A stretch of 63,856 bases of DNA, the filler included, from Collodictyon triciliatum (taxonomy: Eukaryota): assembly GCA_043381765.1 (NCBI GenBank). It is 13 parts of 13 records of this genome, joined end to end, with 100 filler letters (N's around TTAATTAATTAA, not from the genome) between each part and the next. Parts side by side here need not be neighbours in the genome. Positions count along the whole stretch, not along the records: positions 1 to 5,083 come from JBHJMP010005503.1; positions 5,184 to 10,266 come from JBHJMP010005504.1; positions 10,367 to 15,448 come from JBHJMP010005505.1; 10 more parts are not named here. One strand, written 5' to 3'. Numbering within the stretch: the first letter of the stretch is position 1; each line of letters opens with the position of its first letter. This document shows, in pieces, positions 1 to 12,648 of this stretch. The notes beneath the pieces were generated by a model. It did not search any database and was not told the DNA's origin. It saw only the letters and a list, made by a program, of their open reading frames with translations. Position numbers and translations under genes: made by a program.

Positions 1-95
1 AAAACAAAACAAAACAAAACAAAACAAAACAAAACAAAACAAAACAAAACAAAACAAAACAAAACAAAACAAAACAAAACAAAACAAAACAAAAC
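1..95. repeat. (AAAAC)n microsatellite at contig start
   Basis: Perfect pentanucleotide array. Confidence 0.95.
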
Positions 96-653
96 AGAAA
101 ATAAATAAATAAAATGAAAATTGACTGGAATACTGTTTGCATGCATATGAGAGCCTAACTCTAAAGCGCCACAGACTGCAGAAGACTTTGAAAGTCTCGA
201 TGTTGGGATCATTGGTACTTTTTGCAAACTGCTTCAGTTTCTCAACTTCACTGAGCAACGAATGATAACATCTGTATGTTTATTCGACAATCTGACTATT
301 TTGCTACTTCTTGTAGTATCCTTTCTACTCGAATCAATTATCTTTTCATCCTCTTTTTTTTTTTATTCCAAACTATTTGTCATTACCACAAATACTCGTC
401 AACACATGAGCTAGCTAACCTGTGGTGTGAATAGGCCCGCATCCATCACAATGCAAACTCAAAAGATTTACACCACCAACAAAGCCATGCCTCATTTCTC
501 CTCACACAACTGCGTTTTCGTCCTCACAACCAACCTGCCAGGCTCAAAACAACCCCAAAGTCAAAAGATATATCAAGGACGACCCATTCAAGCATCCTTG
601 CCCTCCAACGCACAGATTATGCGAAGGGAATTATCATCGGCCCTGCGCGTCCG

Positions 654-1634
654 GTGGCTCTGATGCGGTTGTCACTCCCACGCGAGCTAAATCCATGTGC
701 AGACTTTGATGTCAAATCTGCTTTGTTGACTGGACTATGGCCAATCCGCCGCACAATCCATGCGAGCCGCACAAACTGGCCGTGCAAGCGTGTCACAGGC
801 AATATCCGACAGCCACACGGACTCGCAGTGCACCCACGAACACGCCAAATATACGTAACAGACACGGTTTCCCAGTGCATCCGTATTCTATCGCCAACAC
901 TTATTTCCGAGCAGATTGTTCATGTGCCCAGCCGACCAGCCGGATTGGCTTTCTCTGCCGACGGAGACAGACTTTTTGTAACAGATATGAACGGCATTCG
1001 ATTCCATTTATTTGACACGCACACAAGGTCATTGGTTGCGCCTTTGTCAAACACATTCTTACCGACTGCAACTGCACCTCCCTACATACGCAGTTTCTAT
1101 GCAGGGAACTGCCCTCACAGAATGTATGCAAATCACGCAGAGGCTGTCCAGACCGCCATTCCAGTCTACCCGGCAGTCGATGCTGATGATTTCTTCTACA
1201 TACCAGATTTAAGAGAAGGTGTGATTGGGATATTTCGAAAGGATGGTTCGTTTCACAAGCTTCTTCGCCCACGCGGCGAGCCTCCGTTTCAATTCAAACA
1301 CGGTTGCGCTTTGGTAGTGAACGACTACAACCAGCTCCTTGTCTTACCTTTCTTTTCAAAAACCATGAGCGTTGTGTGCCTCAAAACGCACTCTGTTGTT
1401 TGCAGGCATGTGTTGGAAGAGTCTCTCGATTGCTGCTTCCTGGCTCGAGGACCTGATGGAGGATTTCTTGTGTGCAATCCGCGTCCCCACGGCTCTGTGG
1501 CTTTCTACTCCGCTGCTGGGACGCACCTGTCATCCATTCGCATGGACACACCAATCGGTGCCGCGTTCGACCACACAGGAAACCTCTTTGTAGTCAGTTC
1601 AGGCACCATCCGACCCACAGTCCGAGAGTACTGA
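654..1634 (+). CDS. NHL-repeat / six-bladed beta-propeller protein (5' end uncertain)
   Basis: 326 aa ORF with NHL-like blades (QPHGLAVHPRTRQIYVTDT, RPAGLAFSADGDRLFVTD, TPIGAAFDHTGNLFV). A possible acceptor near 616 suggests an upstream exon. Confidence 0.7.
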   Translation: MALMRLSLPRELNPCADFDVKSALLTGLWPIRRTIHASRTNWPCKRVTGNIRQPHGLAVHPRTRQIYVTDTVSQCIRILSPTLISEQIVHVPSRPAGLAFSADGDRLFVTDMNGIRFHLFDTHTRSLVAPLSNTFLPTATAPPYIRSFYAGNCPHRMYANHAEAVQTAIPVYPAVDADDFFYIPDLREGVIGIFRKDGSFHKLLRPRGEPPFQFKHGCALVVNDYNQLLVLPFFSKTMSVVCLKTHSVVCRHVLEESLDCCFLARGPDGGFLVCNPRPHGSVAFYSAAGTHLSSIRMDTPIGAAFDHTGNLFVVSSGTIRPTVREY

Positions 1635-2026
1635 GCTGATTTGGCGTGAGATGGAATCAACAGTGCCTGGCTTGATTTCTTTTCTTGTCCTCATCACACC
1701 CAGGCGAACCGTTTTCTCCCGCCATTCGTATGAGTGATACCCACTGTCAGTTATTCGATACATAAACTAGTTATCTAATGAACCTTTTTTTCTTTCTTGT
1801 TTTATTTGGTTTTTTTTCCCTTTCTTTTGTTGTTTTTTTCTAAAATAAAAATAAAGAAAGTCCCTCCAACGATATTAGTAATACTATTATTAATGAGCTT
1901 TTTGAAATGGGCGGTTTATCGAAGAGACACCATATGTTTAGATGAGCAACTATCTAGGGTCAGCCTGCACCTGAGATTTCATTTCATGAATTAAACTGGG
2001 GGGGGGGGGGGGGGGGGGGGGGTTGT

Positions 2027-3308
2027 CTACTCGGATGTTTGCATGATTCCATTCTTGACGGCAAATTCTGCAAACTCTCGAAAGTTTGAAAAGATGTATG
2101 ATGGCGATGCCTCTTCTAGATGCGAGCGAAGGCCCATCCCAGAGAGCATGGCGATGGATGGCGACCCTGCCTTCTTGGCCATGACAATATCTGGTTCGAC
2201 AATCACCAATGGAAGTCGCAATATATAAGTAAAGTTTTAAGAAAGAGGAAAAGCAATAATTATAAAAAGTAAAAATCGATCAAGTAGAATGATATTGAAA
2301 TGGAAAAAAATATAATCGTGCATGTTTAATTATTTCAATATCTATACATAGAGAAAGGGTAAAATGAGTTCATCAGACTACCAGAAACCGCGTCTCCCAC
2401 ATACGCAACTTCTCTGGGTTCCAAGCCAAGTTGAGCAAGAGTTTTTAGATACTGGACTTCATCTAATACATGTCAATTTAATGGTGTGCATCACACAAAT
2501 AAATATTGCTAATCTAATATATAGCTCTACTTCACTTAAAAAAAACTATAAAATAATTCGAACGATAGGGACAAAGAGAATAAAATATCTGAGATATATA
2601 TTTACTCGGTTTCTCGGCCTCTGCAATTGGCGGTAGATCAAAGTACGAGTATAGATGCCCGATGTCACGGTTTAAGGCTATTTAAATGCAAACCAAAGTT
2701 GGGTATGTATGTATGTATGGTTACAATAAACGATGTAAGGGCAGTCTTGAAACTCACTAATTGTTTAAAAGCTTATTCGAAATGCAGTATTATGCGAATT
2801 ACTACCCAATTAAGCTTGATTACATATTCAAACTTTTATCATATTTTTTTTTTTTTTGAAATTTGATGAAAGTCAAACCTGCCAAAGTAGAATTCGAAAG
2901 TACGCTCATCTTGTATCCACTTTCTCTCAACCCTTTGAGACCTTCCTCCACACCATCCATCAACACAACGCCACTTCCTGCTTCAGGAGATGCAAACATC
3001 TCTCTGAACTCATCGCGAATGCGCGTGATTTTGGAGTTTCGTTCGCCCAAAGAAAGCTACTCGGGTAGATTATAATTGCGTTATTTTGAAGGAAGGTAAC
3101 TAACACAAAAGTAATGGGTATGCAGAAAAATAAAGCCATCGGATCGACACAAGCAATTAAAATTAGACGTAATTGCAAGTGAAATGTAATAAACATGAAC
3201 TTTAGCTGATTTGAATACAGCAAATGGTATAGTTTTTTTGAAAATCATTTTTATCAATTTTCCGACGGTAATAAAAATAACAATAACAATAACAATAATA
3301 ACAACAAC

Positions 3309-3399
<91 letters not shown>

Positions 3400-3958
3400 T
3401 TGTCATTCACAGCCGCGTTCTCGCCTATCAATCTCATTAATGCATCCTCTGCTTGGTCATGGGGCATCTTCAAAACATCTTCCAATCCGTATCCTCGAGT
3501 ATAGTACCTTTCCAAAAGCATTAGCTGTCAGCGTTGTTTACAGTTGGCCACAACGTCATATGTCATGTAGAGAACTCCTCAGGATAAAAAATGAAAATAA
3601 AATAAACGTTAAAAGGAAAATAAATGAAAAAATGAATAAAAAATTGGTCATACAGCAGTTTGGTTGCGTTCAAGAGGTTATTAAAAGACTCTAAGCCGCG
3701 TATATGCCACATCTGATCGAGATTCAAGCCTTCGATTCCGTGTTTTCGAAATGACTCATGGAAGCAGGTGTTGAGGGCCTTCAAACCGTGGCAGATTCAA
3801 GAAGTTTAAAGGCGTTAAGTGGAGGATTAGAAGAAGAAAAAAAGAAAAAAAAGGGAAGGTGAAGAATAATGGCTTTCTCTCAAAGAATAGGGACAAACCC
3901 GCCGAGAATCACGCAGAACACCAGACACGTCAAAGACTATTGCTTTCACTCGGGTCAT
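2027..3958 (-). CDS. HAD-superfamily hydrolase (phosphoglycolate phosphatase-like), 7 exons
   Basis: Spliced manually with GT-AG introns: MTRVKAIVFDVSGVLRDS (motif I), MSVLSNS (II), AEAEKP (III), VAYVGDAVSDIVMAKKAG (IV). Confidence 0.85.
3268..3398. repeat. (AAT)n microsatellite inside a HAD intron
   Basis: Trinucleotide array; explains the spurious poly-Ile ORFs. Confidence 0.95.
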
Positions 3959-4269
3959 TTTCTCTCCTAAAGTAGTTCCTGTCACTTTCCGTTCAAACCA
4001 AGCCATTATACCTATCGGTATTTCTTTCTTTCTTTGGTGGTATTTTTTTTTTTTTCCTACTTGCGCTTGTTCTTATTTTCATCTATAAAACAGCGTGCTG
4101 ATTGGAAAATTGACTTCGCACAAGCTATGACGGACGTGCAGTTCCTCTTCCATACACACGGTTTTTTTGATATAAAAGAGAAACAAAAATAAAAAAGAAA
4201 ACCACTAGCAAAAAACAGAAGCTTGATTCCTGGTTTGCTATTCCTCGCTGTTGATGTTTTTTCTTCCTC

Positions 4270-5083
4270 TCTTCCCTATGTTTTCTTTCTTTTATTCGAC
4301 TCAAAGTGCAACATGCCAAATCCTTAAAAAGAGCAAGATAGGTGCGCTTGGTAGAGCAAACGCGAGTAGGGGAATACACTGCTGCGAAGAGGCGAGCACT
4401 GGAAAGAAATCAGTGATAGCGAGTTGTTCAGGTGGGCGTCCCAACTGGTTGATTGGCTGCGTGGGTAGCAGGGGGTTGATATGTTGTGGGAGATATCGCA
4501 CGACACATTCCCACATCTCTCTTCGCTTGCGGTCAGAGTAGCGAAGAACGCGGGCGTGTTTCAACAGGCTGTTCAGGAAACTGTATTGCACGAGGCTCTC
4601 AAGCCTGGATACATTGATTTCTCGTTTGGATGAATCATTGGAGCGGGAGAATGCTCGCACACTCCATAAGAACCACAGCGTATGTCCCCTTGTGACTGTC
4701 CACAGTATTCTAGAGTCGTGGGTCATTTGGTATTGTGGGCCAAACAGGATGTCAGACGCGCCGAGTCGGTTGGGAGCATAATCAAGCTCAGAGAGCATCT
4801 TGTGGGTAGACTCTGTCATTTTTTGAGCCAGAGAGCACTTCACAAATATGTGTTCGATAGTCATCTCCACTATGGCACATGGTGCACTCTGGAGAGGTCG
4901 TTATTGCATGCACTACACGCGCACCTATCCACAACTCTGTTGAAAACATCGACAAGACCGGTGAATCCGGTACAGAAGCCTCTTTTGTGTAGGATGGTTT
5001 CCAGTGCTTCGTGGTTCACATAGTCATATGCTTTCTCCAGGTCGTAGAAAATCATAGCACGGGGTGTCCCGCTTGCTTGATAT
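4270..5083 (-). mobile_element. Defective non-LTR retrotransposon (L1/Tx1-like ORF2 remnant)
   Basis: RT motif IFYDLEKAYDYVNH, then a frameshifted C-terminal CCHC finger (CTMC...TIEHIFVKC), LWFLWSVR and an A-rich tail. Confidence 0.8.
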
Positions 5084-5183
5084 NNNNNNNNNNNNNNNNN
5101 NNNNNNNNNNNNNNNNNNNNNNNNNNNTTAATTAATTAANNNNNNNNNNNNNNNNNNNNNNNNNNNNNNNNNNNNNNNNNNNN
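5084..5183. other. Artificial contig linker (N-run + TTAATTAATTAA + N-run), recurring about every 5.2 kb, 12 times
   Basis: Identical six-frame-stop linker near 5128, 10311, 15493, 20674, 25854, 31033, 36218, 41395, 46570, 51745, 56920 and 62094. Confidence 0.98.
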
Positions 5184-5450
5184 CCCAAGAAAGAGCCTGA
5201 GCCCAAGAAAGAGCCTGAGCCCAAGAAAGAACCTGAGCAAAAAAAAGAGACTGAGCCCAAGAAAGAGCCTGAGCCCAAGAAAGAACCTGAGCCCAAGAAA
5301 GAACCTGAGCCTAAGAAAGAGCCTGAGCCCAAGAAAGAGCCTGAGCCCAAGAAAGAGCCTGAGCCCAAGAAAGAACCTGAGCAAAAAAAAGAGACTGAGC
5401 CCAAGAAAGAGCCTGAGCCCAAGAAAGAACCTGAGCAAAAAAAAGAGACT
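5184..5450 (+). repeat. 18-bp coding tandem repeat (EPKKEP)n
   Basis: GAGCCCAAGAAAGAGCCT units, open in the frame that continues into the PK exon. Confidence 0.9.
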
Positions 5451-8219
5451 GTCGATCCCACCACACCAAAGGAAGAGCCAACGAAAAAGCAAGACGTGGA
5501 GCAACCACCAGAAGTTGCCACTCCAGACAAGAAAGAACCTGTTCTTGCCTCCGCGCCACTGAAAGACGAGCCAGCAGAGCAGGACGCGACTGTCGTTGAA
5601 AACTCACCCAAGTTGAAGAATGCTGGGCAGCTGCCTCCTGCTCAAGTAGACTCTCATGTGCAAGAGCCACTGCCAACTGCAGAGCTGGAAAATGGGGCTG
5701 CACCAGGCCCAAAACAGTCTGAGAGCTCAAAGACCCAGGAAACTGGACATGGACCGAGCGTGGATGAAAAGCCGGTGGATGGCGAGGAAGTCAATCCTGA
5801 ATTGAATGCGACGGGCAATGATGAGGATTACCCGGTGGATTCATTTGAAATGAGATCGTCAAAAACTGAGGAAGAGGCTGAGAAAAAAGAAGCATCGCAG
5901 CCAATACGAGAGGAGGTCTTCCCAGCGTGCTCTAGTTTTCTTATGGATCCGTGTCCGCAAGGTAAGTGCGAGGAAGAAAGAAAATCAAGATGATTGCCCA
6001 TTTGTAAACGATTTTTTTTTTCAAGAACAAAGATATGAATTATTTGACCGCAATGTGAAAAAAAGAAAAGTAAAGCGTCTTTTTTTTTCCACACCCGTAT
6101 AAATAATCGATTCATTCATTTATCATATTTTCGTACCACCTCTCATACTTTGAACGTTTATAGATGACGCCTTCCATAAGGTTAAAACTCATGTGGTTTG
6201 TACATTGGGACCTAAAACGTCATCGGAAGAGGCTATCACTCAACTTGTTAATGCAGGAATGAGTATTGTTCGCATGAACTTTTCCCATGGAGATCATCCT
6301 TATCACGAAAACGTTCTGAAGAATGTCCGGTCTTGCATGCAGAGTACCGGGAAAGTGATGGCGATCATGTTAGACACCAAAGGTCCTGAAATTAGAACAG
6401 GAAAACTCGGTTCCAAAGAGGTGCAGCTTGAAGCTGGTCAAGTTTTTTCCTTCTTGACGGACGAGACCATCATCGGGGACAACACCCAGGTAATTTCCTC
6501 TCCCTATGTCCCTATGTCCCTATGTCCCTATGTCCCTATGTCCCTATGTCCCTATCTTTCTATTCAAGGCGAACCGTCGATTATAACGTAGATTCTTTCT
6601 CTCCCTCATCAAGATTTACACTGCTCCAACAATTTTGAATACGAGTAACTAATCAACTTTTAGGTAGCGACAACATACAAATCTTTGCCCAAAACTGTGC
6701 GAGAGGGTCAGGTCATCCTTGTGGATGATGGCTTAATAAGTTTCACTGTATTGTTGATCGAGGAAGACAAGGTTACTTGTCGAGTCAACAACTCTGCTGT
6801 TCTTGGGGAAACCAAAGGAGTAAATTTACCGAATTGTACGGTTGATTTACCATCTGTCACTGAAAAGGATATCGCGGATATTGAGTTTGGCGTTCGAATG
6901 GGTGTGGATATGATTGCATGCTCTTTTATTCGAAAGGCTTCAGATATAGAAACGATACGACTCTTACCGGGCATTCTTGAAAAGAATATTTTTCTGATAG
7001 CTAAAATCGAAAGCCAAGAAGGGTTGGACAATTTTGATGGTATTTTACAGGTGGCAGACGGGATAATGGTAGCTCGAGGAGACTTAGGCGTTGAGGTTCC
7101 GATCGAAAAAGTCTGTAACATCCAGAAAATGATTATATCGAAATGTAATAGCGTCGGTAAGCCTGTCATCACAGCCACACAAATGTTAGAATCAATGACA
7201 TTTAATCCACGCCCAACTCGAGCTGAGGCCACAGACGTCGCCAACGCTATATTTGATGGTACTGATTGTGTAATGCTGTCTGGGGAAACTGCCAAGGGTA
7301 CTTACTCTTTCATCGCCATTCAATATCCTTTTGATTTCATCTGCCAATCAACTAGTAACTGTTATTGTTATCCCTCATGCAATTTGTTTTATAGTTGTTA
7401 CTATATTTTTTCTTTTTCTTTTAGTCATATTTAATCAGCATCATGTAATAATTTGGAAATACCTGGCACTACCCAATTTTGGCTCTGTTTTTTTTATACG
7501 TTTTATGTAAAAATTCTAATAGGGGCATATCCTACCGAAAGCATTCGGATGATGTTGGATATCTCCCGTTCTGCAGAGGAAGCGATCAATTATAGAGAAC
7601 TTTTTATGAAAATTAGAAAGACTGTAGCCCCACCGATATCGATATCTGAGACAACAGCATCTAGTGCTGTTAAAACCAGCTGGGATATCAATGCCAAGGT
7701 ATGTTTCCCTTTATTGATGACATTGTCTCTATTGTTCATATGTATATTTTTCTTGCAAGACATATATTCAAAGCGAACTTGTTTACATTCATGATTTTTT
7801 TTTAAAAAAATAACAACTATTTTCACTTTTTTTTTTTATCTCTGTATAATTCTTAACCATCTGTGAATGATAAGATAATCAATTACACTTTTTTTCTAAA
7901 AAAATGTATCCAGCTACTTGTAGTGCTCACCGAAACAGGAGCTAGCGCAAAGCTAATATCAAAATACCGGCCTCATTGTCCCATTATTTGCGTGACTCGA
8001 GATGAAAATGTCGCTAGAAGACTTTTGTTGTATCGTGGCTGCTATCCTTATGTAACCACGCACTTTGAAGGAGGGGATGCAACATTCGAACACATTCTTG
8101 GAAAGTTGAAAGAAAAGGACCTCTGCCAGCCTGGAGACCTCATCGTTCTCATTTCTGGAACTCTTCACGGTGTCACTGGCTCCACAAACACAGTTAAGGT
8201 TGCTCAAGTCTCCTCATAG
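5184..8219 (+). CDS. pyk: Pyruvate kinase with long repetitive N-terminal extension (5' truncated by contig end)
   Basis: PK motifs [55 protein letters not shown]. Phase-1 intron 5962-6163 joins the upstream repeat exon in frame. Confidence 0.95.
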
Positions 8220-8312
8220 ATAGACACCGTACAGTCCATTCAGTGCGAAACAAAGAGGGAGAAAAAAACTTAATAAACTGGTGTCCCTCAATTCCTCAAT
8301 TCCCCAATCCCC

Positions 8313-8518
8313 CAGTCTCTCAGTCTCTCAGTCTCTCAGTCTCTCAGTCTCTCAGTCTCTCAGTCTCTCAGTCTCTCAGTCTCTCAGTCTCTCAGTCTCT
8401 CAGTCTCTCAGTCTCTCTGTCTCTCAGTCTCTCTGTCTCTCAGTCTCTCTGTCTCTCTGTCTCTCTGTCTCTCTGTCTCTCTGTCTCTCTGTCTCTCTGT
8501 CTCTCTGTCTCTCTGTCT
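8313..8518. repeat. (CTCTCAGT/CTCTCTGT)n octamer array downstream of PK; a (CCCTATGT)n array lies in a PK intron at ~6502-6556
   Basis: Direct inspection. Confidence 0.9.
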
Positions 8519-9485
8519 TTGTATCTGTTCAATTGTGATATAAGGGGTTTAGACGTGTAGGTTACCTCAGACTGAAGAATTTATACCTGAATTTTTTATA
8601 TATTGATTTATCTCAGAGGGTACTCTAGAGATGTAATCCATAGATATGTTTGATCAACGCCAGCGACTTTCACTATAATTGATGTAGCGTTATGGGCCAA
8701 AACGCTGGGCTGTGATAAAATAGTACAATATACGGTAAGATGCAGAAATAGAGACTTGGCCATGCCGACAATAAATATCAATATAGAAAAATACATATTG
8801 GGTACCCATCTTTGAGTACTATCATCGATGCTGTGAGATGAATGTCCTATTCATACAATCATCCATATGATATAATGATGAAATCTCGAAACGTGTTCCG
8901 TGTAGATGAGAAAAAAACATTCGTCTATGATTGTGATATGTGACACAAGAGTTTTACGAGAGCCTAGTTATAAGGCCACTGAATCCGCTAGTTGTAAAAG
9001 TGATGAATATTCACGAAACATCCATACAAACACCGATACCACCGAAACCCCCTAAATCTACTCCTTGCTCATACTAACGAGAAAATATGAGTAGTCGTCA
9101 ACTCACAGCCCCAGAAGCTGCGCATAGTTTGAATCGCATGAATCGTTTTGTCGCTTTGTTGCTTGCGCCGGATATTTATTACAACCTCGACCACACACGC
9201 AACCAGAACGTGGCGAATTAATATATCGCAAAAATTCCAGAAATGTTTACAAATTTCCGCAAACTTCTTTTTGATCAAACACGAGGCCATGGCGAAACGG
9301 ACGAGCCAAAAGAATGGGAGGAAGAGGATGCGAAAGTGAAAGAGAAAAGGAGAGAGGAAGGCGAGCCAAGCATCAGCCCACACAAAAACCCATTCTAGGA
9401 GAAAATACGAAGCAGGTTAGATACATAATAACTCCACAGACTAATCCCACACTTGCTTACAGGGAAGCCTTCGAAACCTGCAGCC

Positions 9486-9946
9486 ATGGATGTGGTAAGA
9501 ACTCCACCAACTCTGTATTCCAAAGCCACGAACTCTGCGACATAGACTAATCATACCGCCCTGTAGTCGGACGAGCTGAGCAAACTCAGCAAGACACTCA
9601 GAGAACTTGATCAGAAACGCACGCACTCTGACAGACAAATCCGCGAACTGAACCGCCACCTTGAAAAGTTCCAGCCGCGCGGCGGGAAACCAACTTACGG
9701 CCGCGACAAGGACCAGGCTAATGAGTCGGCTCGGGGCCGCTATGAGCGCAATGATCGAAATGATCGAAATGATCGCAATGATCGAAATGAGCGCAACGAG
9801 GGCCGCGCAGCAATGGATGAGAGCAAAGCCGAGCCTAGACGAGCCGAGAGCTCTGACGATGAGGACGAGGACAAGCCAAAGGACCGCAGACGCGAAGCGC
9901 AGCCAATCCATAGAGAAAGCGAAGCAGGAGCTGCACATGAGCCACG
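9486..9946 (+). CDS. 5' part of a highly charged coiled-coil protein (possibly pinin-like)
   Basis: ATG GAT GTG|gtaaga...ctgtag| joins to SDELSKLSKTLRELDQKRTHSDRQIRELNRHLE...(RND)n...SSDDEDED; CTAAT branch-like motif before the acceptor. Confidence 0.5.
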
Positions 9947-10376
9947 GTAGTTTGTGTTTGAGTTATTGTTTGTCTGATCGGTCAGAGTTAGATAGTGAAC
10001 ATGCATAATTTGGTGTATAATTCTCTCGATATCCTACTATAAGTGAATAAGTTCCAAAGGAAAAAATGATTTAACATATACATAAATTAATTGGTGATTA
10101 AGGGGAAAAACAAAACTAACAAAAGCAAACAAAACAAACAAAACAAACAAAAAACAAACAAAACAAACAAAATAAAAAACAAAATAAAAAACAAAATAAA
10201 AAACAAAATAAAAAACAAAATAAAAAACAAAATAAAAAACAAAATAAAAAACAAAATAAAAAACAANNNNNNNNNNNNNNNNNNNNNNNNNNNNNNNNNN
10301 NNNNNNNNNNTTAATTAATTAANNNNNNNNNNNNNNNNNNNNNNNNNNNNNNNNNNNNNNNNNNNNCACACACACA

Positions 10377-10463
<87 letters not shown>

Positions 10464-10905
10464 GTCTTCTTTGCAGCTAGCTCTCTTTTTCCTTTCCTCT
10501 CCCTTTTACAACCACCTAGCCCACCAAGTTGTCTGATCGCAAAAGGGGAAGTATTTTCCAAACGCTTCCTTTTTTTTTTTTTTGAAGGTACCTGTATTTT
10601 GTGAACAGCGAATGAGTTGTATGTTGACCGCGTTTATTGAAGGAGGAGACAAAATGAAAGAATGGGGCATACGAAAGAACAGAGTTGATTTTCCCCTACC
10701 CCTACCCCTACCCTTTCCCCTTCCCTGGGACTCAGAGTCTGGTCATGGTTATGGCTATATGGGGAAGAGGGGAAGAGGGGAAGAGGGAGGGATAGGACAA
10801 AATCAAACGAAAGGCGCCGTGTCTGCATAACTTCCGAAGCGTTGAATCTGAAGATCCGCAAAGGAAAAGACCCCGCAGACCAAACAGAAGACGCTACAGA
10901 ACAAA

Positions 10906-10962
10906 GTCCGATCCCACCCGTGTCCCTTCCGACGAGAAGGGCCTTTCCGAGAGAACCATCAT
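10906..10962 (-). promoter_or_regulatory. Candidate type II SECIS element in the selenoprotein 3' UTR
   Basis: Minus strand: ATGAT-GGTTCTCTCG-GAAAGG-CCCTTCT-CGTC-GGAAGGG-ACA-CGGGTGGGATC-GGAC. This gives an AUGA/GA core, a ~10 bp helix II, unpaired AAA and an apical mini-stem. Helix I pairing is weak. Confidence 0.7.
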
Positions 10963-11277
10963 CCCACAAACATAAAAACAGTGCCTCCTCCGTTAGCTTT
11001 CGTGCACCCAGTCTTCTGTCAATCACCCCAGGTAAAACGCCAAAACACTGGGATATGAAGAGAGCAATATATATATATATAAAATAGATTAGCAGAGTTG
11101 AAGTAGTGACAACTTGTCAATATTACACGGGCGTTCCTTCCGATTTACTAAATTCTTGTGTGATTGATTTCTTTCACGTGCATATTTTCTTTCATTAAAA
11201 AAATAAAATTAAAATTGCATAAGTGTACATCATTAACAAGAGGTTCAGACGGATATGCATGTATTACTTCCTCGATC

Positions 11278-12357
11278 CTAGCACTCAATTCCCTCCTTGC
11301 AAGAGAATCCGCGTTGCTTCAGCGCGTTGGCAATAGCGACGGCAGAATACGAGGAGATCTCGAGGGTTTCCGAGGCGGCATCGCTACCTTCTTCAAAGAA
11401 GCGAATGCGAGGAGAAAGGCCGTGGATATACTGGATTCGAATTTAATTATGATTTGTGGGTCATCACCTAGAGATCGAATACAATGAACCGGGAATATGG
11501 CCCTATGGAAAATAGAAAAATATAGAGCCAATGAAAACGACGGTATATTCTTACCTGAACCTCCACGTTTTGGCTTCAAAGAGTCAAATCATTCCAATTT
11601 TTTTTTTTTTTAAAAAAAGGAAGAGAGTGAGCTCAATACAATTACTCGTCTGGCAATAATGGTTCTATGGTCAATTTACAATACTTACAACTTGGTTGCT
11701 TCCTGACGGATGAACTAAATGATGCAAACATCAGGATGAATATATCTTTTTAATAACGAGGTAATATGTATTAAACTTTCTATAAGAGGAAAACAAATAA
11801 CCAAATTAATGAGAGCCATACCCTCTTCACCTCAGGAAGCCTATTCAATTGTCATCCAGAACAGCTCTATGGCAAAATGTAAAAGATGAGTGTCAAAAGT
11901 AGCAATGATGCACATGAAAGAGTTCCACACAAAAAATGACAAAGTTGAGAAAGCATCCAATACTAAACAAACATGTTACAAAATGCTTCTTAAATAGAAA
12001 ACAACCTCAATGATAGCACGAAGGGGATTCTTCTCGTTCTCATGATATCTTTTCAAAGAGGTATCGAAATAAGTTAACAGATCACATAATAGTGTTGGAA
12101 AGTAACTTCATCAGAAGGCAAACCAACAAATAGAAACTGATAATACCTCGCGTTGTGTTGGCCATCCACGTAATGTGGTTGCTGAAGGTCGTTCATATTT
12201 GAAGATATTCATTCATGTGCTCGAAGGTTAAATGTATGTATATGTAATAATAAAAAGAATTCTTTCAAAGAGTTTTGTCACGTACGTTGTCACCAGCAAC
12301 CAGTACCAACATCACAGCCACCAAGAAACAGGCAGCAATAGCTGATTTGCTCGCCAT
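11278..12357 (-). CDS. Selenoprotein of the SelM/Sep15 family; Sec UGA at 11852-11854; 7 short exons
   Basis: Spliced product: signal peptide MASKSAIAACFLVAVMLVLVAG...LRAIIE|SCSG-U-QLNRLPEVKR|FIRQEATKF|QNVEVQ|YIHGLSPRIRFFEEG...LKQRGF. Matches the SelM CxxU-QLNRL-EVK motif. Confidence 0.9.
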
Positions 12358-12648
12358 TGAAGCCTAATGAAACAAAGGCGGGTGGTGTATTATTTAGTGG
12401 CAGTCAGGGGTTTGCAACAACTCTCATGCCTCAAAGTCGCTGTGTCTTCTTGGGCGGGCGATTCGGCCACTGTCGCCAGCACAAATCACTTTAGCCTTTG
12501 GCAGGTTGCGGGGAAACCTGATTCATCTCAAACTCAGCTGGTCAAATACTCGTTGGTCTCGCATGTGGGTCTGATTTATGTCATATCGTTATTTCCGGCA
12601 GTATCCGGTTTGATAGCCCGCAAGCCAGCGAACCAGAGGGCTGTGTGG

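Noticed and set aside
8608-8796. Small minus-strand ORF with a signal-peptide-like start
   Set aside because: No convincing continuation or family motif.
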